A stretch of 63,902 nucleotides of DNA, filler included, from an uncultured Methanosarcinales archaeon (GTDB lineage: Archaea; Nanobdellota; Nanobdellia; Woesearchaeales; CAZOXR01): the NCBI GenBank assembly GCA_964566535.1. It is 5 parts of 5 records of this genome, joined end to end, with 100 filler letters (N's around TTAATTAATTAA, not from the genome) between each part and the next. Parts side by side here need not be neighbours in the genome. Positions count along the whole stretch, not along the records: positions 20,838 to 52,587 come from CAZMIO010000003.1; positions 52,688 to 55,957 come from CAZMIO010000005.1; positions 56,058 to 61,916 come from CAZMIO010000022.1; 2 more parts are not named here. The stretch is one strand, 5' to 3'. The position numbers and the translations under genes were made by a program. Below, piece by piece: positions 49,773 to 60,016 of the stretch. The notes under the pieces are model-generated. The model was given only the letters and a program-made list of their open reading frames with translations. It had not been told where the DNA came from and made no database searches. Numbering within the stretch: position 1 is the stretch's first letter; every line of letters begins with the position of its first letter.

Positions 49773-50798
49773 GTGATAAACATTAAAACACAAAAAAAAT
49801 TATTTTTATTTATTGGAGTAATTACAACCCTATTCATTCTAGGCTGCTCAACTGTTGTTGAACAAAGCCACCCTTTAGGAAGTCCTCCAGAAGACATGGA
49901 CAAAATCCCAGAAATTGTTGAAATGGAAGAAGAGTCAGGAGTTAAAATGACATCCAGAGGAGTAAAATATATTGTAGATCCAAAAAAGATTCTATCTGGC
50001 GGGCCACCAAAAGACGGAATCCCCTCAATAGACAATCCGAAATTCATAACAGTAGACGAAGCAGACAAATTAATTCAAGACAATGAACTAGTCTTAGCAA
50101 TGATCCACAAAGGAGTAAAAAGAGTTTACCCCTTACAAATCTTAGTTTGGCACGAAATAGTGAATGACTTTATTGCAGGAGACCCAATACTAATCACTTA
50201 CTGTCCATTATGCGGCTCAGGAATAGCATACGAAAGAAAGATAGATGGAGAGACAGTAGAATTCGGAACTTCAGGAAAACTATACAATTCCAACCTAGTT
50301 ATGTATGACAGAGAAACGAATTCCTATTGGTCCCAGATAGACGGATTAGCAATTGTTGGGGAATTAACAGGAAAAGAACTAAAAGAAGTCTCAATAGACA
50401 CAGTAACATGGGGGGACTGGAAATCAGCACATCCAGATTCTGAAGTCCTCAGTCAAGACACTGGATTCAACAGAGCGTATGGCAGAGACCCATACGGAAG
50501 CTATTACGAAGACAGCTTCCTATTCTTCCCAGTAGAGAACGAAGATAACAGAATACATGCAAAAACAGTAATCTTCGGAATAGAGGTAAACGGAGTCCAC
50601 AAAGCATACAGAGAAGACGATTTAATCAAAGAAGGAGAAATAGAAGACACAGTAGCAGGAGTTAGCTTAACAGTAGAAAGAGACAATGCAGGAATAGTTA
50701 AAATCACAAACACAGAATCAGAAGAAGAAATAGTAAAAGAGAGGGATTTTTGGTTCGCATGGTATGCATTCCACCCAAACACGCTATTATATGGGTAA
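49773..50798 (+). CDS. DUF3179-family lipoprotein
   Basis: GGPPKDGIPSID, WHEIVND, TYCPLCGS, FGTSGKLY. Confidence 0.9.
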   Translation: MINIKTQKKLFLFIGVITTLFILGCSTVVEQSHPLGSPPEDMDKIPEIVEMEEESGVKMTSRGVKYIVDPKKILSGGPPKDGIPSIDNPKFITVDEADKLIQDNELVLAMIHKGVKRVYPLQILVWHEIVNDFIAGDPILITYCPLCGSGIAYERKIDGETVEFGTSGKLYNSNLVMYDRETNSYWSQIDGLAIVGELTGKELKEVSIDTVTWGDWKSAHPDSEVLSQDTGFNRAYGRDPYGSYYEDSFLFFPVENEDNRIHAKTVIFGIEVNGVHKAYREDDLIKEGEIEDTVAGVSLTVERDNAGIVKITNTESEEEIVKERDFWFAWYAFHPNTLLYG

Positions 50799-50884
50799 AT
50801 AGATACAAACGCAATTGCATACCATGCGTTACGAATGAAATAAGTTGATGCATGGTATGCATTCCACCCAAACACGCTATTATA
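50757..50884. repeat. 35-bp direct repeat of the DUF3179 gene end with an inverted 13-mer between
   Basis: 50757-50791 identical to 50850-50884; TGCATACCATGCG at 50816-50828. Confidence 0.9.
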
Positions 50885-51018
50885 CGAATAAACTAATTAA
50901 TTTTTTTTAATTTTACTTATATTCTATAACAATCGACTTTATATTAATAGAAATAGAAAAAATTATATAAGAAATTAGTTGTAATCCAATTAAAATAGCA
51001 ATTGGGGGCAAAAAAACA

Positions 51019-51516
51019 ATGAAAATCAATGAAAAAGTCGAAAAAGCAATAAACAATCAGATTAATAATGAACTTTATTCTGAATATCTATACCTTTCAA
51101 TGTCAGCTTACTTTGAATCCATAAACTTAGATGGATTTGCACATTGGATGAGGGAACAAGTAAAAGAAGAAAGTTCACATGCAATGAAACTTTATAAGTA
51201 TTTAATTGAAAGGGGGGGAAAAGTTGATTTAACAGAAATCAAAGCTCCTCCAAAAGAATGGACATCTCCACTAAATGCAATGGAAGCAGCTTATGAACAC
51301 GAAACACAAATTACTGAAATGATCAATAAATTAGTAGACATAGCAGTAGAAGAAAAAGACAAAGCAACTGAAGTCTTCCTTGATTGGTTTGTAGACGAAC
51401 AAGTAGAAGAGGAAGCATCTGCTGATAAAATAGTTCAGCAATTAAAGATTATAAAAGGAGCACCAGGCCCTCTATTTATGCTCAATAGCGTACTTAATAG
51501 AAGGGGCAGAAAATGA
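51019..51516 (+). CDS. ftnA: Ferritin
   Basis: QINNELYS..YLSMS, EESSHA, WFVDEQVEEE. Confidence 0.95.
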   Translation: MKINEKVEKAINNQINNELYSEYLYLSMSAYFESINLDGFAHWMREQVKEESSHAMKLYKYLIERGGKVDLTEIKAPPKEWTSPLNAMEAAYEHETQITEMINKLVDIAVEEKDKATEVFLDWFVDEQVEEEASADKIVQQLKIIKGAPGPLFMLNSVLNRRGRK

Positions 51517-52025
51517 ATGAAGAGCTAAAAGAAACATTTCAAACTGCTTATGAGTTCGAATTAAAGGGCAAAAAAATCTATGAAGACACATCAAACAACA
51601 CAAAAAACCCAATTGTAGCAAAAACATTCAGATATCTAGCTGACCAGGAACAATTGCATGCTAACGAGATAAAAGAATACAAAGAAAAGCTTGATCAAGG
51701 AATATCAATAGAAGTCAGAAGCGACGCACCAGAAGAAACAAAAAGATTCTTCTCAATGACAGTTGAAGAGTTCAAAGAAAAAACAGAATTAAGTGACGAT
51801 GACGAAGCGGCCCATAAAGTCGCTTTAGAATTAGAACAAAACGCTTACGACTTTTACAAAGAACAACATGAAAAAGCAACTGATGAAAAAATAAAGAAGT
51901 TCCTAAAGTTCTTAATGACTCAGGAAAACACTCATTTTGAATTGATTCAAAAGGCATTTGAATTTATTAAAGACCCAGCTGCATTCTATGCAGAGGAAGA
52001 AAAATGGACAGTTGATGGAGGCTAA
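51513..52025 (+). CDS. Ferritin-like/rubrerythrin-family protein
   Basis: Two ExxH motifs (EQLH, ENTH). Confidence 0.85.
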   Translation: MNEELKETFQTAYEFELKGKKIYEDTSNNTKNPIVAKTFRYLADQEQLHANEIKEYKEKLDQGISIEVRSDAPEETKRFFSMTVEEFKEKTELSDDDEAAHKVALELEQNAYDFYKEQHEKATDEKIKKFLKFLMTQENTHFELIQKAFEFIKDPAAFYAEEEKWTVDGG

Positions 52026-52029
52026 AAAA

Positions 52030-52395
52030 ATGACAGAAGAAAATTTATTTATGCAGGTAAACAAAGCAAAAGATTTAAGCGCACCAGAAGATCTGGAAAA
52101 AAAGCACGTACCGATTATTGAAGCACCAGATACAGTAAAAAAAGGAGAACCATTTGAAGTAACAATTGATGTAGGGAACTTAATGCCACATCCGAACGAA
52201 AATGCTCATTTTATTGAATGGATTGAACTTTCAGCTGAAGATGTATTTATTTCTAGAATTGACTTAATACCTTTAGTAGGAAAACCAAAAGTAACCCTAA
52301 ACATCAGCCTAGAAGAAGGCCATACTCTAAGGGCAAGAGCAAGATGTAACATGCATGGCATCTGGGAATTCGAAAAGGAAGTAAAAGTCGAATAA
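52030..52395 (+). CDS. sor: Superoxide reductase (neelaredoxin type)
   Basis: EKKHVP, HP..HFIEWI, CNMHG. Confidence 0.92.
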   Translation: MTEENLFMQVNKAKDLSAPEDLEKKHVPIIEAPDTVKKGEPFEVTIDVGNLMPHPNENAHFIEWIELSAEDVFISRIDLIPLVGKPKVTLNISLEEGHTLRARARCNMHGIWEFEKEVKVE

Positions 52396-52587
52396 TGACA
52401 GACTACTCTCGGGCCACAGATTACACCACAGTAAAATACGAATCTGCACAAACCTGCAAGACTTGTTTTAATTGTGGTAGGTGTTATCGTAATTAAAAGG
52501 GGAGTTATTTATTATTTTTTTATTTCTTCTAGTAATTTTGTTTAATAGCCGTTAGTTGCAGTAAAATTTAAGCCCATAAAAAATAAG

Positions 52588-52687
52588 NNNNNNNNNNNNN
52601 NNNNNNNNNNNNNNNNNNNNNNNNNNNNNNNTTAATTAATTAANNNNNNNNNNNNNNNNNNNNNNNNNNNNNNNNNNNNNNNNNNNN
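52588..52687. other. Artificial contig linker
   Basis: N-run, TTAATTAATTAA, N-run. Confidence 0.97.
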
Positions 52688-53141
52688 AGAACGAGAAGTG
52701 TTACAAAGAATAGGTGGCATGGATGGTATTGTTCAACCAGTAGACTATTTTGAGGTTTGGTTCTCTTTAGTTAAGTTGTTAGGTATCGGGGTTGATAAGT
52801 TACTTGGAGGACAATATGAATGTTTCAGAGAATTTAAATTCCCAGTAATTGTAAATGACTACATTGAAGGTCATACACTTGCTCATGGGGAATATGTTAG
52901 AGGAGAAGATAATGAAAGGGTATTGATTGAAGCTGTTCATGGGATCCATAACGAAATGATGGCTGGATTAGATCTTAGGCGTCCAAATATTGTTATTGCA
53001 GATAGTGGAAAACCTCATTTAGTTGATCTTGGTTGGGTATCTGTATTTGATCAATGGAGTGAAGATTATTACCTTAAGAGAGATAAGGATCTTAGAGTTT
53101 TAGAAGAGTTATTAGAAAGTCAAGTCAATATTGAAAGTTAG
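52688..53141 (+). CDS. Protein-kinase-like fragment (5' truncated)
   Basis: DYIEG, DLRRPNIV, LVDLG. Confidence 0.6.
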
Positions 53142-53213
53142 AATAACTTCTTGTCGTACTATTTATTCAAAATAAAAACAAAATTTTTAATATTGTACCA
53201 CTTTAATGGTTAA

Positions 53214-54173
53214 ATGAAGGTTAGGTTGTTGTTAACTGTATTAATTTTTATTGTTGGCTGTTCAATTACAGGGAATGTGGGGGAGGTTCCTTCTGAAGTA
53301 ACTCAAGGTTATGGGGTTTATTTCTGTCCCAGGGATGATTGTGCTGGGAGTTTGGTTAAGTTTTTGGGTGCTGCTAAGGAGTCCATACATTGTGCACTTT
53401 TTGATATTGGGTTGGAAGAGGTTAAGGATGTGCTTGCTAGGAAAAGTAAGGAGGTAGAGGTTAAGGTTGTTATGGATAATAACTATAAAGAGAAGTTTAA
53501 AGGGAAGAATGTTAGGTACGATGATGATAGTCAGTTGAGTCACAATAAGTTTTGTGTTGTTGATGGGAACAGAGTTAGTACTGGTTCTTTTAATCCTACT
53601 GAAAGGGGAGCCCATAAGAACAATAACAATTTTATTGTGTTTTTTTCTGAGACTTTAGCTGAGAATTATGATGATGAGTTTTTTGAGTTGTGGAATGGGG
53701 AGTTTGGAGGTGGTGGAGGTGTTAGGAATCCGGTTGTTGAGTTGAACGGTCACAGAATTGAGAATTATTTTTGTCCCGAGGATCAATGCAAGGAGAGGGT
53801 GATTAAGGTTTTGATGGAAGCTGAAGAGAGTATTTACTTTATGACGTTTAGTTTTACTAATGAGGAGATTGCGGATGCTTTGTTGTTTAGTGATGCTGAA
53901 GTTAAAGGTGTTTTTGAGACTACTCAGGCTGGTTCTAAGTATTCACAGTATCATAGGCTTAATGATTTTGGGATGAATGTTAAGAAAGATTCAAATCCAT
54001 ACAATATGCATCATAAAACATTTATTGTTGATGGAGAGATTGTTATTACTGGCTCTTACAATCCAACTGGGGCTGGTTCAGATAAGAATGATGAAAATGT
54101 TGTTGTGATTTATGACAAAAAATTAGCTGGGAAGTATCTTGAGGAGTTTTGGAAGGTTTGGGGAGAGGGATAA
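53214..54173 (+). CDS. Phospholipase D-family lipoprotein
   Basis: Two HKD motifs (HNKFCVVD, HHKTFIVD). Confidence 0.92.
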   Translation: MKVRLLLTVLIFIVGCSITGNVGEVPSEVTQGYGVYFCPRDDCAGSLVKFLGAAKESIHCALFDIGLEEVKDVLARKSKEVEVKVVMDNNYKEKFKGKNVRYDDDSQLSHNKFCVVDGNRVSTGSFNPTERGAHKNNNNFIVFFSETLAENYDDEFFELWNGEFGGGGGVRNPVVELNGHRIENYFCPEDQCKERVIKVLMEAEESIYFMTFSFTNEEIADALLFSDAEVKGVFETTQAGSKYSQYHRLNDFGMNVKKDSNPYNMHHKTFIVDGEIVITGSYNPTGAGSDKNDENVVVIYDKKLAGKYLEEFWKVWGEG

Positions 54174-54206
54174 ATTTTATAAATGATTTAACTTTCTAAG
54201 TTTTTT

Positions 54207-55193
54207 ATGAAATACGACGTATTCGGAATAGGATCTGCGATTATGGATTTCTTGATAGAGGTTGAGCATGAACAATTGATTGAGTTTGACTTGAAGAAAG
54301 GTAACTTTCACTTGATTGATGAAGACAAGTCTAAAGAGTTAATGGGAAAGCTTGAGAAGTATGAAGTAAAGCTTGCTCCTGGTGGGAGTTCTGCCAATAC
54401 TTTGTTTGGAGTTTCTTTGTTGGGAGGAGATGTTGTTTTCTGCGGAAAGGTAGGAGATGATGGTCATGGTGGCATTTATGAGGAGAAGATGGCTTCGGGA
54501 GGAGTTAAGCCTAAGCTTGCTAAATCTGATAAGATAACTGGTCATGCAATTACATTTATTACACCTGATAGTGAGAGGACTTTTGCTGTTCATCTTGGAG
54601 CTGCAATGCATCTTGCTAAAGAGGATGTGTTTTTTGATGATTTGAAGGAGAGTAAGATTTTACATATTGAGGGTTATCAGTTAGAGGAAGAAGGACTTAA
54701 ATTGGTTTCATTGCATGCGATGGATTTTGCTAAAGGTAATGGGACTAAGATTAGTATAGATTTGGGAGATCCTGGAATTGTTTCTAGGAATAAAGAAGAT
54801 ATTAGGCATATGGTCCGGAAGTATGCTGACATTGTTTTTGCTAATGAGGAGGAGGCAAAAGCGCTTACAGGGATGGACCCAGAGGATGCTTTGAATGAGA
54901 TTGCTGGAATGACTGAGATTGCTATTGTTAAGGTTGGTAAGGATGGTTCTTATATCAAGAAAGGTGAAGATATGGTTGAGATTCCTTGTTATGATGCAAA
55001 AGCAGTTGATACAACTGGTGCTGGTGATATGTATGCTGCTGGTGTTTTGTTTGGGATATCAAAAGGGCATAATTTAAAAGCAGCAGGACATATTGGTAGT
55101 TATTATGCTTCAAAGGTTGTTGAGAGGATTGGAGCTAGGTTAGATAAGATTGATGCTAAGGAAGTTGAAGAATTGATTGCCAAGGTAAAATGA
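54207..55193 (+). CDS. PfkB-family (adenosine-like) kinase
   Basis: GGSSAN, FANEEE, DTTGAGD. Confidence 0.92.
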   Translation: MKYDVFGIGSAIMDFLIEVEHEQLIEFDLKKGNFHLIDEDKSKELMGKLEKYEVKLAPGGSSANTLFGVSLLGGDVVFCGKVGDDGHGGIYEEKMASGGVKPKLAKSDKITGHAITFITPDSERTFAVHLGAAMHLAKEDVFFDDLKESKILHIEGYQLEEEGLKLVSLHAMDFAKGNGTKISIDLGDPGIVSRNKEDIRHMVRKYADIVFANEEEAKALTGMDPEDALNEIAGMTEIAIVKVGKDGSYIKKGEDMVEIPCYDAKAVDTTGAGDMYAAGVLFGISKGHNLKAAGHIGSYYASKVVERIGARLDKIDAKEVEELIAKVK

Positions 55194-55846
55194 GCATTAA
55201 AGATAATGTTTTGAAGCTTAGGAAGGATGTTTCTGGAGATGTTTTGATAATTGCTGCTACTAAAACTAGGACTGTTCCTGAGATTGAGGAAGCTGTTTCT
55301 GCTGGTGTGAAGATTATTGGGGAGAATTATGTTCAGGAAGCTGAGAAGAAGTTATTGAAGCTTAAAGGAAAGGTTAAGTTGCATTGCATTGGTCATTTGC
55401 AGACAAATAAGGTTAAGAAAGCTGTTGAGATTTTTGATATGATACAGACAGTTGATTCTTTGAAGATAGCTAAGGAGATAAATAATAAATGTAGGGGTCT
55501 TGAGAAGGTAATGCCGGTTTTGGTTGAGGTTAACAGTGGTGAGGAAGGTAATAAGGCTGGTTGTATGCCTGATAAAGTTGAGGAGTTGGTTAGAGGTGTA
55601 GCTCGGTTGAATAACGTTAAGGTTAAAGGGTTAATGACTATGGCTCCTTATTTTGATGATGCTGAGAAAGACAGACCATATTTTAAGAAGACTAAGGAAT
55701 TGTTTGATAAGCTTAAGGAGTTGAAGGTAGAGAATATTAGTATGGATATTCTTTCTATGGGTATGAGTGGGAGTTATAAGGTTGCTATTGAAGAAGGGGC
55801 TACTATGGTTAGGCTTGGTAGTGGTATTTTTGGAGAACGTGTTTAG
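55190..55846 (+). CDS. yggS: PLP homeostasis protein
   Basis: GENYVQE, IGHLQTNK, GLMTM, LSMGMS. Confidence 0.95.
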   Translation: MSIKDNVLKLRKDVSGDVLIIAATKTRTVPEIEEAVSAGVKIIGENYVQEAEKKLLKLKGKVKLHCIGHLQTNKVKKAVEIFDMIQTVDSLKIAKEINNKCRGLEKVMPVLVEVNSGEEGNKAGCMPDKVEELVRGVARLNNVKVKGLMTMAPYFDDAEKDRPYFKKTKELFDKLKELKVENISMDILSMGMSGSYKVAIEEGATMVRLGSGIFGERV

Positions 55847-55851
55847 GTAAA

Positions 55852-55957
55852 TTATTTCTTTGACATATGTTTGAGTCTATTGAAGAGTTCATTCTTCTTA
55901 TCTTTGGTTTTTTGTTGTAGTTGTGAAAGTGCGTCTGGCTTTGGTTGTTTAATTGTA
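55852..55957 (-). CDS. 3' end of a gene truncated by the contig edge
   Basis: ..DKKNELFNRLKHMSKK*. Confidence 0.5.
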
Positions 55958-56057
55958 NNNNNNNNNNNNNNNNNNNNNNNNNNNNNNNNNNNNNNNNNNN
56001 NTTAATTAATTAANNNNNNNNNNNNNNNNNNNNNNNNNNNNNNNNNNNNNNNNNNNN
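55958..56057. other. Artificial contig linker
   Basis: N-run, TTAATTAATTAA, N-run. Confidence 0.97.
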
Positions 56058-56608
56058 TCTAGATTCCACATTGCAATGGCGCTTATAGTACCTAATAATA
56101 TGAAATTAAGGGGAGTTTTCTTATTTTTGTAGAATATATTGAAGAACAAGTAGAGTAATATTACTTCAAATATTAATGTAGGCATATACCCTGGCAATGC
56201 CCTAACATTGTGCCTTGAAAAGATTCCTGGGGAAAATGTAAATAGGAGTACAGTTAGGATTGCTATTCTGTTACTGAAGAAGTTTCTTGTAAAAAAGTAT
56301 ATTGAAATTAATAGGATTAATGAGACAAGTATAGAGCTCAGTTTAACTGATAATGAAGACATCCCCAGTACCAAGAAGAAGGGTGCTGCAAGATAAGCCC
56401 CAATAACCCCTCCACCATTATATTGGATGCCATACATGTAAAAAGAATTCATTTTTCCTTCAAGGAGATGTTTAGTCATTACCCCTGAGATAGAAGCATC
56501 GTTCCCAGACACATATTTTTCAATGGTCGGTAATAATAATATCCGGAGAACTAAGAAAATTAAGATTATTGATAAGATGATTAATAAGTTGTGTTGTTTT
56601 TTAGGCAT
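56058..56608 (-). CDS. GT-C (ArnT/PMT-like) membrane glycosyltransferase, 5' part
   Basis: Multi-TM pattern, located in a glycan cluster. Confidence 0.65.
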
Positions 56609-57659
56609 TGTAGAACTCCCTTGTCTTAATGTTCATTAATCTACAATAAAGGTTAGATAATTTGTTGAATAACTTGATTAATCTCTTGGTAGTTTTATCC
56701 TCTGATAATGATTCATCAAATAGTTTGGATGACATGAATCTAGTAATTTTTAAATCGCTTACTTCCCTTTTTGATTGGATGTGTTTTCTTTTTCTAGATA
56801 CTGTCTTGTAATTAGAGATAATCCAAAGGTAGCTTTTTAATCTTGGAAGAGCATTCCTTATGTCAAATAGGTTGTAGATTGTTATTGTTATGAATAGCAT
56901 AGGTATTAGTTTTATAATTGTTTTTAGCTCAAAAAAGATGAAAAAATTCAGTAATCTATTTCTCTCCCCCATATATGTGAAGAAGAAATCTTTATCCATT
57001 GACTTGACTGTTGTAGAACCAACATGATAGAAGAATGATTTTGGGATTACTGCAGTACGATATCCCCTCAGTAAAGTCAACCATGTGAAGTAGGTATCTT
57101 CACCGTACATGAAATAATCTGGGTCGAATGGAACGTCAACAAGCTCTCTTCTGTAGAATGGTGCTGCTGTACCAAAGAGCTCAAATGGTTTTGTAGTATC
57201 TTTATCTATCTCTTTTGCTTTAACATGAAACTGCATCAGGGTTGGAACATCATATCCCCCAAATTCATATTTTCCTTCCTTATTGCTGTCAATCATTCTT
57301 TGGCCCACTAAACCATGTTTGGGATTATCCTCCATAAAGTCAAATAATTCCCTAATCCAGTCTTTGTCAACTATGACGTCTATGTTCTGGATTGAGACGT
57401 ATTTTCCTCTTGCTTTTCTTACACCTACGTTGCAGCCTTCTGCAAAACCGAGGTTCTTATTTGCTTTGATTAGAATTACTTCTGGATAGTTCTTTTCAAT
57501 AAATTCTAAACTTTTATCTTCTGAACCGTTGTCTACAATTATTGTTTCGAACTTGCTTTTTGGGAAATTAAGTTTTCTTATTGAATCAAGAAATGGTCCA
57601 ATGTATTTTAATGCATTAAATATTGGTACAACAATAGAAACTGAGATGGATTCATTCAT
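56601..57659 (-). CDS. GT2 glycosyltransferase
   Basis: IVVPIFN, VDNGSED, NLGFAEGCN, FMYGED. Confidence 0.92.
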   Translation of the reverse strand: MNESISVSIVVPIFNALKYIGPFLDSIRKLNFPKSKFETIIVDNGSEDKSLEFIEKNYPEVILIKANKNLGFAEGCNVGVRKARGKYVSIQNIDVIVDKDWIRELFDFMEDNPKHGLVGQRMIDSNKEGKYEFGGYDVPTLMQFHVKAKEIDKDTTKPFELFGTAAPFYRRELVDVPFDPDYFMYGEDTYFTWLTLLRGYRTAVIPKSFFYHVGSTTVKSMDKDFFFTYMGERNRLLNFFIFFELKTIIKLIPMLFITITIYNLFDIRNALPRLKSYLWIISNYKTVSRKRKHIQSKREVSDLKITRFMSSKLFDESLSEDKTTKRLIKLFNKLSNLYCRLMNIKTREFYNA

Positions 57660-58357
57660 TTTAGGTATTTTTCGTAAAATTCAGTCATAGTCATTAGTTT
57701 GTACTTGTATTTGTCAACTAGATCGAAGAACTTTTTCCAGTTGGTTTTATCCTTGAGGTAAGGGTGAAACAGCCCTACAATCGGGGTGTGGGCTTTAGAG
57801 AATAGGTCTTCCATCTTAGCTGAGACATTATAGGTGCAGTGAACGTTCTTTGTAATATCTACATATGGTTCGTCAACTACATTGTAGGGCACTTCCCAGA
57901 TTGGCAGTATCCTGCTTTGGACGCATAGTTTGAACGGTTTTTGGTTTAGCAAGGAGGAATCAACTTTTATTCCGTTCATTGATAGGTTAGCCAGGTCAAG
58001 ATGAGATTCCCGCCAGAAAACTCTATGGTTTCTATTTATGATTGGGATTTGATTAGTTTTCTGTTTGAATTCCTCAATCTGCTTATCGACCCATTCTTCC
58101 CTAGTCATGTCATAATGCAGTTGAATATCTGCATCTTGGTTAATTTCGTTTATTTTATTTGTTAATAAGAATGATGTTGATTTGTAACCATGGGCTTTTT
58201 CGTATTCGTACATTTCACCGTCAAATTCATCATCATGAGTCATTATTGCTATTGGTTCGTTGAGTTCTAAGGATATGTTACTAGTTGATTCTGTGATTGG
58301 AAGGGTTTTCATAAATTCCTTTAATTTCTCCCCATCAAAAAAGTTTTTGTTGAACAT
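57656..58357 (-). CDS. Polysaccharide-deacetylase-like protein
   Basis: MTHDDE, IQLH, RNH, LFHP; start taken at MFNK. Confidence 0.6.
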   Translation of the reverse strand: MFNKNFFDGEKLKEFMKTLPITESTSNISLELNEPIAIMTHDDEFDGEMYEYEKAHGYKSTSFLLTNKINEINQDADIQLHYDMTREEWVDKQIEEFKQKTNQIPIINRNHRVFWRESHLDLANLSMNGIKVDSSLLNQKPFKLCVQSRILPIWEVPYNVVDEPYVDITKNVHCTYNVSAKMEDLFSKAHTPIVGLFHPYLKDKTNWKKFFDLVDKYKYKLMTMTEFYEKYLK

Positions 58358-58463
58358 TTTTAATATGAAAGGGGTGTATATTGCTCTAAAAAGTTTTCCT
58401 TTTTTATGAATAGCTTTATAAATAAAATAATAATAACTAAAAAAGTCAAAGAGGGTTTTTACT

Positions 58464-59024
58464 ATGGTTATACATGATACTGCTGAAGTAAGCAAAGAGG
58501 CGAAGATAGGTGAGAATAGTAAGATATGGCACTATTGTCAGGTTCGTGAAGGTGTCGAGTTAGGCGAGAATTGCATTCTTGGGAAAGGAGTTTACATTGA
58601 TTTTGGAGTTAAAATAGGTAGGAATTGCAAGATCCAAAATAGAAGTTCTATTTATCATGGAACAACAATCGAAGAAGGAGTTTTTATTGGACCTCATGTA
58701 GTTGTAACGAATGATAAGAATCCTAGGGCAATAAATTTGGATGGTAGTTTGAAATCCGATGATGATTGGGAGGAGAGGGGAGTTCTTATAAAAAAGGGAG
58801 CTTCCATTGGTGCTGGTACAGTAATTTTGCCAGGCGTTACTGTTGGAAGATTCTCGATGATTGGAGCTGGGGCCGTTGTTACTAAAGATATCCCTGATTT
58901 TGGAATTGCTTATGGGAATCCTGCTAGGGTTGAAGGGTATTCTTGTTATTGTGGAACTAAATTGGAGAAAAAAGATGAAGGCTATTTTTGTAATAAGTGT
59001 AATAAGGGGATTGATATAAAATGA
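58464..59024 (+). CDS. Hexapeptide-repeat N-acetyltransferase (WbpD-like)
   Basis: Left-handed beta-helix repeats, FIGPHVVVTND, GNPA. Confidence 0.88.
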   Translation: MVIHDTAEVSKEAKIGENSKIWHYCQVREGVELGENCILGKGVYIDFGVKIGRNCKIQNRSSIYHGTTIEEGVFIGPHVVVTNDKNPRAINLDGSLKSDDDWEERGVLIKKGASIGAGTVILPGVTVGRFSMIGAGAVVTKDIPDFGIAYGNPARVEGYSCYCGTKLEKKDEGYFCNKCNKGIDIK

Positions 59025-60016
59025 AATTAAAAGGCGCCGTTATTGGGGCAGGGAATATGGGTAAGAATCACGTTAGGGTTCTTAATGATCTAGAGAACGT
59101 TGAGTTAGTTGCTATTGCTGACGTCAACAAAGAAGTGGTTGATAAGATAAGTGGGAAGTACAAAATAAAAGGGTATACTGATTATGAAGAGATGTTTGGC
59201 AAAGAGGAGCTTGACTTTGTCTCTATTGTTGTTCCTACAAATTTACATAAAAAAGTTGCCATTCATGCGATAGGAAAGGGGCTGCACATTCTCTTAGAGA
59301 AACCAATTGCTTCAACTATAGAAGAGGGCAAAGAGATTATTAATGCTGCTAAAGAGAAGGGAGTTAAGTTAATGATTGGGCATATTGAAAGATTTAATCC
59401 TGCGATTACCGAATTAAAGAAGAGGCTTGATAATAATGAGCTTGGGAGAATCTATAAGGTTGTTGCAAATAGGATATGCCCATTTCCGACAAGAATAAGT
59501 GATGTAGGTGTTGTAGTAGATTTATCTGTCCATGATTTGGATGTGATATCCTCTCTTCTGAATGAGCCGCTAAAACAGATCTATGCCATTACTGAAAAGA
59601 AGATCCATACGAACCATGAAGATCTTTTATGTGCGTTATTGAAGTTTAATGGGTGTGCTGCAATACTAAATATTGATTGGTTGACTCCTACGACTAAAAG
59701 GGAGCTAATAGTTACAGGTGAGAAAGGGATGTTTGTTGTCAATTATATGAATCAGGAGTTGTTTTTCTATAAGAATGATTTTGTTGATGAAACCTATCTT
59801 GATTATACTGAGAGGGTGAGGGGGATAATGGCGGGGGACATTACACAAATCAGGATAAACAAAGGGGAGCCTTTGAAACTTGAACTTGAGAGTTTTATTA
59901 ACTGTTTAAATGAGTCTTGTGAGCCTGGTGTTAAAGGGGAAGATAGCTTGAAGGCCTTAGATATTGCATTAAAAATGATTGAATCAGCTAAAGAAGGAAA
60001 GGTGATTGATTTATGA
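59021..60016 (+). CDS. Gfo/Idh/MocA oxidoreductase (WbpB-like)
   Basis: GAGNMG, EKP, GHIERFNPA, DLSVHD. Confidence 0.9.
   Translation: MKLKGAVIGAGNMGKNHVRVLNDLENVELVAIADVNKEVVDKISGKYKIKGYTDYEEMFGKEELDFVSIVVPTNLHKKVAIHAIGKGLHILLEKPIASTIEEGKEIINAAKEKGVKLMIGHIERFNPAITELKKRLDNNELGRIYKVVANRICPFPTRISDVGVVVDLSVHDLDVISSLLNEPLKQIYAITEKKIHTNHEDLLCALLKFNGCAAILNIDWLTPTTKRELIVTGEKGMFVVNYMNQELFFYKNDFVDETYLDYTERVRGIMAGDITQIRINKGEPLKLELESFINCLNESCEPGVKGEDSLKALDIALKMIESAKEGKVIDL

Noticed and set aside
52395..52490. 25-aa ORF ending CKTCF and an imperfect hairpin after sor
   Set aside because: Too short and weakly supported, and close to the contig end
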